Assembly: GCA_035256725.1 (NCBI GenBank)
Contig: DATEXS010000347.1
Span: 1 to 33,797 of the forward strand
Reading direction: 5' to 3'
DNA length: 33,797 nt
From: Anaerolineae bacterium
GTDB taxonomy: Bacteria > Chloroflexota > Anaerolineae > UBA7937 > B3-Chlor
The notes under the pieces are model-generated. The model worked only from the letters and a program-made list of their open reading frames with translations. It searched no databases and was not told the DNA's origin. Shown piece by piece: positions 1-7,428 of the stretch (position 1 is its first letter; each line of letters begins with the position of its first letter). A program made the translations under genes and the position numbers.

Positions 1-1215
1 CGAGAGGGAATAGAAAAAGGGGACCTCTACCGTCAGAACTCCGCCTCCATCGAAGGCCTGGAACAGGACCTCGCCAAGACCCGCCTGGCCCGAGAGCAGG
101 GCGACGCAGAGCTTGCCTCCCTGGCCTCGTTGCGCGGTGAACAGGACTCTTTGGTGAAAGCGCTGCAGGAGGCCCAGACTGCTGGACAAGAGCTGGCGCA
201 GATCAGGGAGAAGCGCAGAGAGCTCGAGCAACGGCTGGAGGAAGGGGATTTCGCCCACGCTGAGAGCCAGCGGATGAAAGACCTGGACGAGGAACTGGCC
301 TCCCTCGCCTACCACGCCGAAAGGCACGACGAGGTCCGAAGGTCACTGACGGAGAGCGCACACTTTGAGACGGAGAAGAGAGACCTCGACACCGCCAGGG
401 AGGGCCTACGCGCGGAGAGGCAAAGGCTGCTGGAGCGGGAAGAGCGGCTTGCTGGCCTTCAGCAGGCGGCTACTGAGCTGTCCCAGAGCATCGACGCGCT
501 GAGCAGCCATGTTGACGCACTGAAGGAAGCCACACGGGGCCTTCAAGACCTGGCTCGTCGAGTGGAGCAGCTACAAATCGACGAGGCAGACGCCCGGGTC
601 CGCCTGGGAGCAGCCCGCCAGAAGCTGGATCACTGCACCTACCTGAAGGAGCAAAGCGCAGAGAAGGCTCGGCAGGAGCGGGAGGCGCAGAAAGAGAAGG
701 CCATCTACGACGAGCTGCGCCTGGCCTTTGGTAAGAAGGGCATCCAGGCCATGATCATCGAGGCCGTGATCCCCGAGATAGAGGAGGAGGCCAATCTGCT
801 CCTCAGTCGCATGACCGATGGCAGACTAAGCGTTCGCCTGCTGAGCCAACGTGAGACGCTCAAGGGCAGCGCCGTAGAAACGCTGGACATCGAGGTGGCA
901 GACGAACTGGGCCCCAGAAACTACGCCCTCTTCTCCGGCGGCGAGGCCTTCCGCATAAACTTCGCCATCCGGGTGGCCCTCTCCAAACTGCTGGCGCGCA
1001 GAGCGGGAGCGCGGCTCCAAACTTTGATCGTCGATGAGGGCTTTGGCACTCAGGATGCCCAGGGCCGTCAGCGTCTGGTGGAGGCAATCAACTCGGTGCA
1101 GGATGATTTCGAGCTGATCGTGGTCGTCACCCATCTGGAGGAACTGAAGGATTCCTTTCCAGTGCGCATCGACGTGTTCAAAACGCCTCAGGGGTCGGAG
1201 ATCTCGGTGGCCTGA
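1..1215 (+). CDS. sbcC: SbcC/Rad50-family (SMC-like) DNA repair ATPase, C-terminal part; the 5' end lies outside the window
   Basis: Frame 1 is open from nt 1, with no stop before the track's TTG at 130. A long E/R/L/A/Q-rich coiled coil is followed by the ABC signature LFSGGEAF, Walker B/D-loop LIVDEGFGTQD and H-loop VVTHLEEL near the C-terminus. Confidence 0.85.
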   Translation, partial: REGIEKGDLYRQNSASIEGLEQDLAKTRLAREQGDAELASLASLRGEQDSLVKALQEAQTAGQELAQIREKRRELEQRLEEGDFAHAESQRMKDLDEELASLAYHAERHDEVRRSLTESAHFETEKRDLDTAREGLRAERQRLLEREERLAGLQQAATELSQSIDALSSHVDALKEATRGLQDLARRVEQLQIDEADARVRLGAARQKLDHCTYLKEQSAEKARQEREAQKEKAIYDELRLAFGKKGIQAMIIEAVIPEIEEEANLLLSRMTDGRLSVRLLSQRETLKGSAVETLDIEVADELGPRNYALFSGGEAFRINFAIRVALSKLLARRAGARLQTLIVDEGFGTQDAQGRQRLVEAINSVQDDFELIVVVTHLEELKDSFPVRIDVFKTPQGSEISVA

Positions 1216-1238
1216 CCTCGACCATCAGCGGCGCTGCC

Positions 1239-1817
1239 CTACGCGTCCCGAGACTCGCGTTGGCCCACTCGCCACCGGATCGCGGCCTCGTCTATCTGGC
1301 TTCTCAGCCCTCGGTGATCCTCCACCAACAAGACCAGGGCGCTCTTGAGCAGCATGCGGCTATCCATCCACAGCCTCAGTTGTCTCCTGGGTTGCGGCAG
1401 TCGCTCCAGCTCCACAACCACAGTCGGCAGCCGCCAGAGGGGCCGGAGAAAGGCCCGGCTTGAAAAAGGCTGCTTCGAGGGTGGGAACAGTATGCCCAGG
1501 GACGAAGTACGGGTCTGGACGATAGAGTCGTAGGACACATGCAGGCGCCGTAGAGGTAGCCGGACCAGAAGGCCATCCTCTGCGCACTGGACGTAGGCCA
1601 GGCGGCTCATGGCTAGGGTCAGCAGAATGAGGATCGCCGAGAGAAGCGCTGCCATCATCGCTGGTAGTTGCAGTGCGCTCAGCGAGGACTGGTCCCAGAC
1701 CAGCAGTCCCAGTGACACCACCAGCAGCCATAGGCAGGGAGCCCGGCAGTAACTGGCCAGCCGCCTGGATAGCAGCAACGGATGCGCCCGCTGGTCCTGG
1801 CGTCCCTTTTCTCTCAT
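1239..1817 (-). CDS. Small membrane protein with two N-terminal TM helices and a soluble C-terminal domain (possibly bacterial PH/YdbS-like)
   Basis: The ATG at 1817 overlaps the TGA stop of the upstream nth-like gene (ATGA, 1814-1817). Hydrophobic helices are CLWLLVVSLGLLVW and AMMAALLSAILILLTLAMS. The family assignment is only a guess. Confidence 0.5.
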   Translation of the reverse strand: MREKGRQDQRAHPLLLSRRLASYCRAPCLWLLVVSLGLLVWDQSSLSALQLPAMMAALLSAILILLTLAMSRLAYVQCAEDGLLVRLPLRRLHVSYDSIVQTRTSSLGILFPPSKQPFSSRAFLRPLWRLPTVVVELERLPQPRRQLRLWMDSRMLLKSALVLLVEDHRGLRSQIDEAAIRWRVGQRESRDA

Positions 1818-2482
1818 TTGCCTTTGTGCAGGTAGTCACACAGTGGAGCCAGCACGCATTGATCATGCTGCGGCTGCCGGGCGTGGCAGAGCCGCCGCCC
1901 GTGAGTCACCATGTTGATGTGGAAGTCGTAGACCGCCTCCTCAGGCACCAGCGCGCCAAGCACTTGATGAGCCTTTTCCGCCGTAGCCCGCGGCTCTACC
2001 AGGCCGACGCGCCGGCTCACCCGAAGGACGTGGGTGTCCACGGGCAGGACCGGCCGTCCCAGTGAGAACAGCAAGACGATAGCCGCGGTCTTGGGACCTA
2101 CACCCTCCAGCGACTGAAGCCACGACTTGGCCTTTTCGATCTCCAGATCTTTGAGGAATCCCAGATCCAATTCCCCACGTTCGTCCATGATCTCCTGGAG
2201 GGCCGCCTCGATGCGGGGCGCCTTGATGTTGGCCAGTCCTCCCGGCCGGATGGCCTCGGCGATCTCATTTGGATCAGCCTGAAGTGCGGCTTCCCAACAA
2301 GGAAACCGCTCTCGCAGACGGGCGAAGGCGCGGTTGCTGTTCACGTCGGAGGTGTTCTGCGAGAGGATCGTCCGCACCAGGTCGCTGATCGGGTCTCGGC
2401 TGGGATACCACTGGTGATGACCGTGCTCCTGCACCAGCAGTTCGTGGACGGCCGTGACCTTCCGCTTTAGGCTGACGTTCAC
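1814..2482 (-). CDS. nth: Endonuclease III family HhH-GPD DNA glycosylase/lyase
   Basis: HhH motif LEGVGPKTAAIVL with the catalytic Lys, VDTHV with the catalytic Asp, and a C-terminal Fe-S-type cluster CHARQPQHDQCVLAPLC. I chose the GTG at 2482 (preceded by GGGGGAGAGGGAA) because a terminator-like hairpin at 2578-2610 lies inside the longer track ORF (to 2641). The 223 aa length fits the family. Confidence 0.8.
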   Translation of the reverse strand: MNVSLKRKVTAVHELLVQEHGHHQWYPSRDPISDLVRTILSQNTSDVNSNRAFARLRERFPCWEAALQADPNEIAEAIRPGGLANIKAPRIEAALQEIMDERGELDLGFLKDLEIEKAKSWLQSLEGVGPKTAAIVLLFSLGRPVLPVDTHVLRVSRRVGLVEPRATAEKAHQVLGALVPEEAVYDFHINMVTHGRRLCHARQPQHDQCVLAPLCDYLHKGK

Positions 2483-2577
2483 TTCCCTCTCCCCCACAGC
2501 CAACGGTGCCTCTCTCAGCTCTGCCTTCCAGCAAACCGTTGGCGGGCCGCCATTCGCCTCCGACTCGCCGGGACGAA

Positions 2578-2610
2578 CAAGAGGCGGGCCATAGCACCTC
2601 CCGCCTCTTG
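2578..2610 (-). terminator. Candidate intrinsic terminator of the SBP-permease operon
   Basis: An 11 bp GC-rich stem (CAAGAGGCGGG / CCCGCCTCTTG) with an 11 nt loop lies 60 nt downstream of the permease stop at 2671. On the minus strand it is followed by UUCGUCC, a weak U tract. Confidence 0.5.
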
Positions 2611-2670
2611 AGATCTTACTGGATGTAGATGTGTCAGACAAGCTCAGTGGCGAAGTATGTCTCCGTCCAT

Positions 2671-3657
2671 CTAGCGCCGGCCTCGCGCCAACTTCGGGTC
2701 GAGTATGTCCCGGAACGCATCTCCGATCAGATTCCAGCCCAACACGAACAACAGTATCGCCGCCCCAGGATACACGAGGATGTACCAGTAGTCGGCTAGA
2801 CTAGGCATCCAGTTCCTCGCAAAGCTGATCAACTGCCCCCAGTCCGCATACCCGGGCTCAGCCCCTAGCCCCAGAAAACTCAACGCCGCAAAGTTCAACA
2901 CGTACGACCCAATGTCCATCGACGCCACCACCAGCGTCGGAAAAATCGAGTTCGGTATCACGTGCTTCATCATGATCCGCCCATGACTGGCCCCCAACGT
3001 CCTCGCCGCCATCACGTAGTCCCTCTCCTTCACCGAAAGGATGTCACCACGCAATAACCTGGCGTACGTCGTCCATCCAAACGTGATCAACGCAATCATC
3101 CCCGTCGTGATCCGGTCGAACCTCGGACTCGACCCTAATACCGCCGCCAACGTGATCGCGGCCAGCAGAAACGGAAAACCCATGAAGACCTCCACCACCC
3201 GCATCAGCCCCTCGTCGATCCAACCCCCAAAGTATCCAGCCGTAGTCCCCACCAGCAGACCGATGATGATGGTCGCAATGGTGATCAGCACCCCTACCCG
3301 GAACGCCGTCCTGGCACCCCAGATTACCCCGTAGTAGATATCGTACTGCCCTTCAGTCGTCCCAAAGCGGTGCTCCGCGCTGGGAGGCTTGGGCTCAGCC
3401 AGATACCCATCCCGCGGTATGCGATACGGCTCCTCCGGCCTCTCAGGCGGCGCCAGCACCGGCGCCAGGATCGCTATGGCCACGAACATCAGTACCAGGA
3501 CAATGCCGGTCAACGAAACCGGGTTCTTCAACATCCTCTGTATGACCTTCGGAGGATGCCTCACACTGTCCCACAGCTTCCGCAGCGGCTGCCTCCCTCC
3601 GCCCTCCATGTCCGCCTCAAGTGCCTGCTCCGCTTCCTCAAACTTGATCATCGCCAT
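2671..3657 (-). CDS. Peptide/nickel ABC transporter permease (OppC/DppC type)
   Basis: N-terminal OppC_N-like TM (LTGIVLVLMFVAIAILAPVLAP), six TM helices, and the EAA-type loop ERDYVMAARTLGASHGRIMMKHVIPN. Confidence 0.92.
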   Translation of the reverse strand: MAMIKFEEAEQALEADMEGGGRQPLRKLWDSVRHPPKVIQRMLKNPVSLTGIVLVLMFVAIAILAPVLAPPERPEEPYRIPRDGYLAEPKPPSAEHRFGTTEGQYDIYYGVIWGARTAFRVGVLITIATIIIGLLVGTTAGYFGGWIDEGLMRVVEVFMGFPFLLAAITLAAVLGSSPRFDRITTGMIALITFGWTTYARLLRGDILSVKERDYVMAARTLGASHGRIMMKHVIPNSIFPTLVVASMDIGSYVLNFAALSFLGLGAEPGYADWGQLISFARNWMPSLADYWYILVYPGAAILLFVLGWNLIGDAFRDILDPKLARGRR

Positions 3658-3668
3658 CCCCCGTCTGG

Positions 3669-4697
3669 CTACTCGAGCCTCACCCGCGGATCAAGATAGG
3701 CGTACAGCACATCCACTACCAGGTTCCCACACACCACCAGGACCGCGTAGAACAGCGAGAACCCCAGCACCGAGATCACGTCCAGCTGTGACGCCGAACT
3801 GGCCACCCACCACCCCAGCCCATGAATGTTGAACACTGTCTCCGTGATCACCACGCCGCTCATCATCCAGATCATCACCAGCCCGCTCACCGTGGCTACC
3901 GGGATCAGAGCGTTGGGCTTGGCGTGCTTGTCTATCACCACACCCTCAGATAAGCCCTTCGACCTGGCCGTGGTCACGTAGTCCGCCCGCAATACTTCCA
4001 GCATCGAAGACCTGGTCACCCTCAGGATCAGCGCCCACTGTACGTACGACAGCGTGATCACCGGCAGGATCAAGTGCCTGATCGCATCCCAGAAGATGTC
4101 CAACCTCAAGTTCAATAGGGCGTCTATGGTGTTCATACCCGTGTACTGCGCGAACGCCGGCGACAACACGACCTGGCTCGCCCAGTCCGATAGCCTCCCC
4201 GCCGGGAACCACTGCAGCTTGGCATAGAAGATCATCAACATCAGCAACCCAAACACAAACGTCGGAAACGACCAGCCAATGATGGCAAATACGCGCAGCA
4301 CCTGATCTATCAGCTTGTTGTGATTCAGCGCCGAGATCACGCCCAGTTGGATCCCTATCCAAACCAACGGTATCGCTGACCACATAGCCAGCTCAAAAGA
4401 TGCCGGTATGTACCTCTTGATCGTCTCCAGGACTGACGCCTTGCCCACCTTGGAGAAACCCAGGTCCCCGTGCAAAACGCCATTCAGCCAGCGGAAGTAC
4501 TGGATATGTATGGGGTCGTCGAGCCCGTACTTCTCGATGATCTCGTCCAGTTGCCCGGCACCCCTCGGTATGGCGGGGACGTATAGACTGGCCCTCTGCC
4601 CTGGGTCCAGAAAGGACATCATGGCGAAGATGAGCAACGTCACGCCAAAGATGATGATGGGCAGAATCAACAACCGGCGGATGATGTATGCTACCAT
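3669..4697 (-). CDS. Peptide/nickel ABC transporter permease (OppB/DppB type)
   Basis: Starts with the typical MVAYIIRRLLILPIIIFGVTLLIF and has the conserved loop ADYVTTARSKGLSEGVVIDKHAKPNALIP. An SD (GGAGAGGAG) precedes the ATG, and the next permease starts 11 nt after this gene ends. Confidence 0.92.
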   Translation of the reverse strand: MVAYIIRRLLILPIIIFGVTLLIFAMMSFLDPGQRASLYVPAIPRGAGQLDEIIEKYGLDDPIHIQYFRWLNGVLHGDLGFSKVGKASVLETIKRYIPASFELAMWSAIPLVWIGIQLGVISALNHNKLIDQVLRVFAIIGWSFPTFVFGLLMLMIFYAKLQWFPAGRLSDWASQVVLSPAFAQYTGMNTIDALLNLRLDIFWDAIRHLILPVITLSYVQWALILRVTRSSMLEVLRADYVTTARSKGLSEGVVIDKHAKPNALIPVATVSGLVMIWMMSGVVITETVFNIHGLGWWVASSASQLDVISVLGFSLFYAVLVVCGNLVVDVLYAYLDPRVRLE

Positions 4698-5036
4698 GGT
4701 CTACTCGTCTCCTCTCCACCACCCGGCGTCAACAAACAGCTCCCCGCAGACATATCACACCAGTGACACTCCCGCATCCGGCAGATGTCCATACTGTCCA
4801 CGCCGCCCGCTTCGTGCACCCCACACGCCCTGCGGACCGAGGCCGTTCCTGGCGAAGCTGATCCTCACCCGCCGCAATGCAGGCATCGAGGACTCCATCG
4901 TCTGACTGGCCTCACACCGAAGCCCCAGCCCTGCTGCGGATTCCGTGTGAGAGCAGTTGGTCCGACGGCACCGCCGCGCTTGTCTCCCTGAGCGGTGGGG
5001 CCATGCGCCGACTCTGTGCTCAGCGCTGGCAAAGGC

Positions 5037-5066
5037 GGGCAAGGACCGGAATCCCGGTCCTTGCCC
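5037..5066 (-). terminator. Perfect 13 bp hairpin just after the SBP gene (attenuator or mRNA stabiliser)
   Basis: GGGCAAGGACCGG-AATC-CCGGTCCTTGCCC lies 26 nt downstream of the SBP stop (5092). On the minus strand it is followed by GCCUUUGCC. Confidence 0.5.
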
Positions 5067-5091
5067 GATGGGTCACGGCTGAGCGTTGACG

Positions 5092-7059
5092 CTACATCTC
5101 CTTGGAGAACCTGTACGCCCACATACACGATGGATAGATCGGGTTCTCGTAGTACCCCTTCACCCACAGTTGCTCATAGTGGCGAGTCGTGGCCTGTATC
5201 CCGAAGACGTCTATGACATCCTCGATGGCCCAGGCCTGCAACTCCTCATAGCAGGGAGCGGCGTCAGCGAAAGGTATCGCGAGGCACTCCTGGATCTTCG
5301 CATCGTACCGGTCATACTGCTCCTGGGGCCAGCCCTCGAACATGGACCAGGTGCCATTGGCGCTCATGTACGGCAGAACCCAGTTGTGCGGGTGGTGGTA
5401 ATCCTCGACCCACCCGATGATGAACACGGGCAGCCTGCTGGCGGTCATCTCGTCCAGATACGTCGCCCAGGGCACGTCCAGCACGGAGACGCTGAACTTG
5501 CCTTCGTTAAGCGACTCGATATTGGCCTCCAGGATCTCCGCAGCCGTGCGCCGCTGGTCGTTGCCGCTGTTGTACTGAAGGATCACGAAGAACCCGGTGT
5601 CCCACACGGCGCCGTCCCAGGCCAGTTTGAACTCCTCCTCGCACTTGGCCATGTCGAAGGAGAACACCTCGGAATCCGGGGTGTATCCTATATGACCCTC
5701 GATGATGGGGCCTCTGCGCTGGATGGCCTCGCCCAGATACGCTTCCTCGATGTAGGTGTCCCAGTCGAAGCAGTAGTTGAAGGCCTTCCGCACGTGAATG
5801 TCCGAGAAGAAGTCGGGCGGAATGCCATCACCGTCCAGCGCGCCGCTGCCGATATAGGGGTTGCCGCCCTCCACATTCACCTTCTGGTTCAGGAAGATGT
5901 CTCCTGAGCTTACTGAGGGCATGTTGATGAAGGAGCGAGCGATGCCAGTCTCATTGAGGATGGTCATCTTGCTGGGATCCGACATGTCGCCGGCGTCCCA
6001 CTGCTCCTTGACCAACTCGTCGGCCTGGGTCGCGTACTGCCTGGGGACGTCCACCATGTCGCAGTCCAGGGCCTCGAAGGCCGCCAAGCGGGTGCCCCAC
6101 TCCGTCATGTACTTCCAGACGGCGCGCTCGATGGCGGCAGGGCCCGACGGCCCGCCCTCCCACAGGGGCTCGGTCAGCCAGTAGTCATCGTTGCGGACCA
6201 GCACCATCTCCTCGCCCGGCGTCCAGTGGTCGAACTTGTAGGGGCCGGTGCCGTTCATGGCGCTGTACAGCTCGCTCTCGATGTCCTCGGGATCGTTGAA
6301 GTCCCGCCAGGTGGCGCAGTCGCCATCCCAGCCACCCTGCTCGATCACCCACTCCTTGTCCACGGCCACGCCCCAGCCGCTGGCGACGATGCTCAAGAAA
6401 GCGCCGAAGGGCTTGGGCAGGTGGAAGGTGACCGTCCCGTTCTCGTTGTCCGGCACCACCGTGGTCTTGATGTACTCACAGGCCGCCTGGTCACCCATCT
6501 CGTCGGCTATGTCGTTGATGGCAAGTCGGCCGGTCAAGGGCTCCAGTATGACCCATTGCGGACCACCTGAGCGGTCCTGGAGCATCCCCCGCCAGAGGGT
6601 ATAGGCCACGTCCTCAGGCGTCAAATCGCCGCCCTCGTGGAACTTGATCCCCTCACGGAGGTGGAAGGTATAGGTGAGCAAGTCGTCGGAGACCTCCGGC
6701 ATGTCGGTGGCCAGGACAGGCACGAACTCGGTGTAGCTCTCCCGGTCGTAGAACAGCAAGCCCTCGTAGACGTTGAAGATGATCTCGTAGCTTGCCGTGT
6801 CATACTGATAGGCCGGGTCCAGCGAGTCCGGCTCCCCCCCGATGTTGCAGTCGATCAAAGAATCGGGGTTCTTGATCTCCGTGGGCGGAGGTGGCGCAGG
6901 TGTCTCCTCCGCGGGTGGTGTCGTCGGGGCCGGCGTCTCGCCAGGCGCGGGTGTCTCCTCCGCGGGCGGCGGGGGCGCCGGGGTCCCACATGCAGTGGCG
7001 ACGAGCACAAGGATCATCACCACACTAAGCAGCATCAACCATCTCTTGTTCCTAAACAT
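5092..7059 (-). CDS. ABC transporter substrate-binding lipoprotein, family 5 (peptide/nickel)
   Basis: Signal peptide plus lipobox (LVLVATAC), a Pro/Thr/Glu linker, then a ~560 aa family-5 SBP-like body. SD GGGAGGAAAAAG precedes the ATG. It lies upstream of the two permease genes. Confidence 0.9.
   Translation of the reverse strand: MFRNKRWLMLLSVVMILVLVATACGTPAPPPPAEETPAPGETPAPTTPPAEETPAPPPPTEIKNPDSLIDCNIGGEPDSLDPAYQYDTASYEIIFNVYEGLLFYDRESYTEFVPVLATDMPEVSDDLLTYTFHLREGIKFHEGGDLTPEDVAYTLWRGMLQDRSGGPQWVILEPLTGRLAINDIADEMGDQAACEYIKTTVVPDNENGTVTFHLPKPFGAFLSIVASGWGVAVDKEWVIEQGGWDGDCATWRDFNDPEDIESELYSAMNGTGPYKFDHWTPGEEMVLVRNDDYWLTEPLWEGGPSGPAAIERAVWKYMTEWGTRLAAFEALDCDMVDVPRQYATQADELVKEQWDAGDMSDPSKMTILNETGIARSFINMPSVSSGDIFLNQKVNVEGGNPYIGSGALDGDGIPPDFFSDIHVRKAFNYCFDWDTYIEEAYLGEAIQRRGPIIEGHIGYTPDSEVFSFDMAKCEEEFKLAWDGAVWDTGFFVILQYNSGNDQRRTAAEILEANIESLNEGKFSVSVLDVPWATYLDEMTASRLPVFIIGWVEDYHHPHNWVLPYMSANGTWSMFEGWPQEQYDRYDAKIQECLAIPFADAAPCYEELQAWAIEDVIDVFGIQATTRHYEQLWVKGYYENPIYPSCMWAYRFSKEM
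6899..6966. repeat. Direct repeat with 51 nt period inside the SBP linker-coding region
   Basis: The exact 17-mer GGTGTCTCCTCCGCGGG occurs at 6899-6915 and 6950-6966. It encodes the repeated AEETPAP unit of the linker. Confidence 0.7.
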
Positions 7060-7351
7060 CTTTTTCCTCCCTATTAAAGGCTTATCGTAACCGAGTGTTG
7101 GTCACCACGCTACGGTACCTCGAAGCGCTCACACCTCCTTTCCGGGGGCTGTCCCCCGGATAATCCTGACTGTGGGAGGGTGTAGAGACACCCATCTCAG
7201 AGCTGAAGAGACCGGACAGCACCCTCACTCAGGGTTCTTTTGAAGTTCCTGATGACCTATTGCTGGGGATGGCGTCTCCATTGCGGTCATTTGCGCGGGC
7301 GTCTGCACGTCCCTCTGGGACTGGCGGGCTCTATCCGCACCCTCCCTGCAT
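7060..7351 (-). promoter_or_regulatory. ~290 nt 5' leader of the SBP operon with mutually exclusive helices (candidate cis-regulatory RNA, class unknown)
   Basis: RNA CACCCUCCC (7174-7182) can pair with GAGGGUG (7220-7226) or with GGGAGGGUG (7338-7346). There is also a GC hairpin CCGGGGG-ACAG-CCCCCGG at 7142-7159. Confidence 0.35.
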
Positions 7352-7357
7352 GAAAAG

Positions 7358-7386
7358 ATTATAGCACGATACATCATCGCTGTCAA
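7358..7386 (-). promoter_or_regulatory. Consensus sigma-70-type promoter for the SBP operon
   Basis: The minus strand reads TTGACA-gcgatgatgtatcgtgc(17)-TATAAT, a perfect match in both hexamers and spacing. Confidence 0.65.
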
Positions 7387-7428
7387 GTTGAAAGGCCAGC
7401 CAGGGTCGCCTCGGTCGGGGCACATCCC

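Noticed and set aside
4755-5042. 95 aa minus-strand ORF in the SBP-permease gap
   Set aside because: It starts inside the 13 bp hairpin, is R/G/A-rich and has no SD. It is probably non-coding.
5086-5907. 273 aa plus-strand ORF. The same judgement applies to 15633-16289, 22748-23362 and 22833-23483.
   Set aside because: All of these lie antisense to strongly supported minus-strand genes (SBP, OppD, LysM) and have a low-complexity R/G/P/H-rich composition.
7113-7119. T-box-like GGUACCG in the SBP leader
   Set aside because: The full T-box sequence (GGGUGGUACCGCG) is missing. So are the stem I AGAGA/GNUGGNA elements and a specifier loop, and the nearby hairpin has no U tract.
7225-7425. 66 aa minus-strand ORF upstream of the SBP gene
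   Set aside because: It spans the consensus promoter itself, so its 5' part would not be transcribed from that promoter. It has no SD and no recognisable features.
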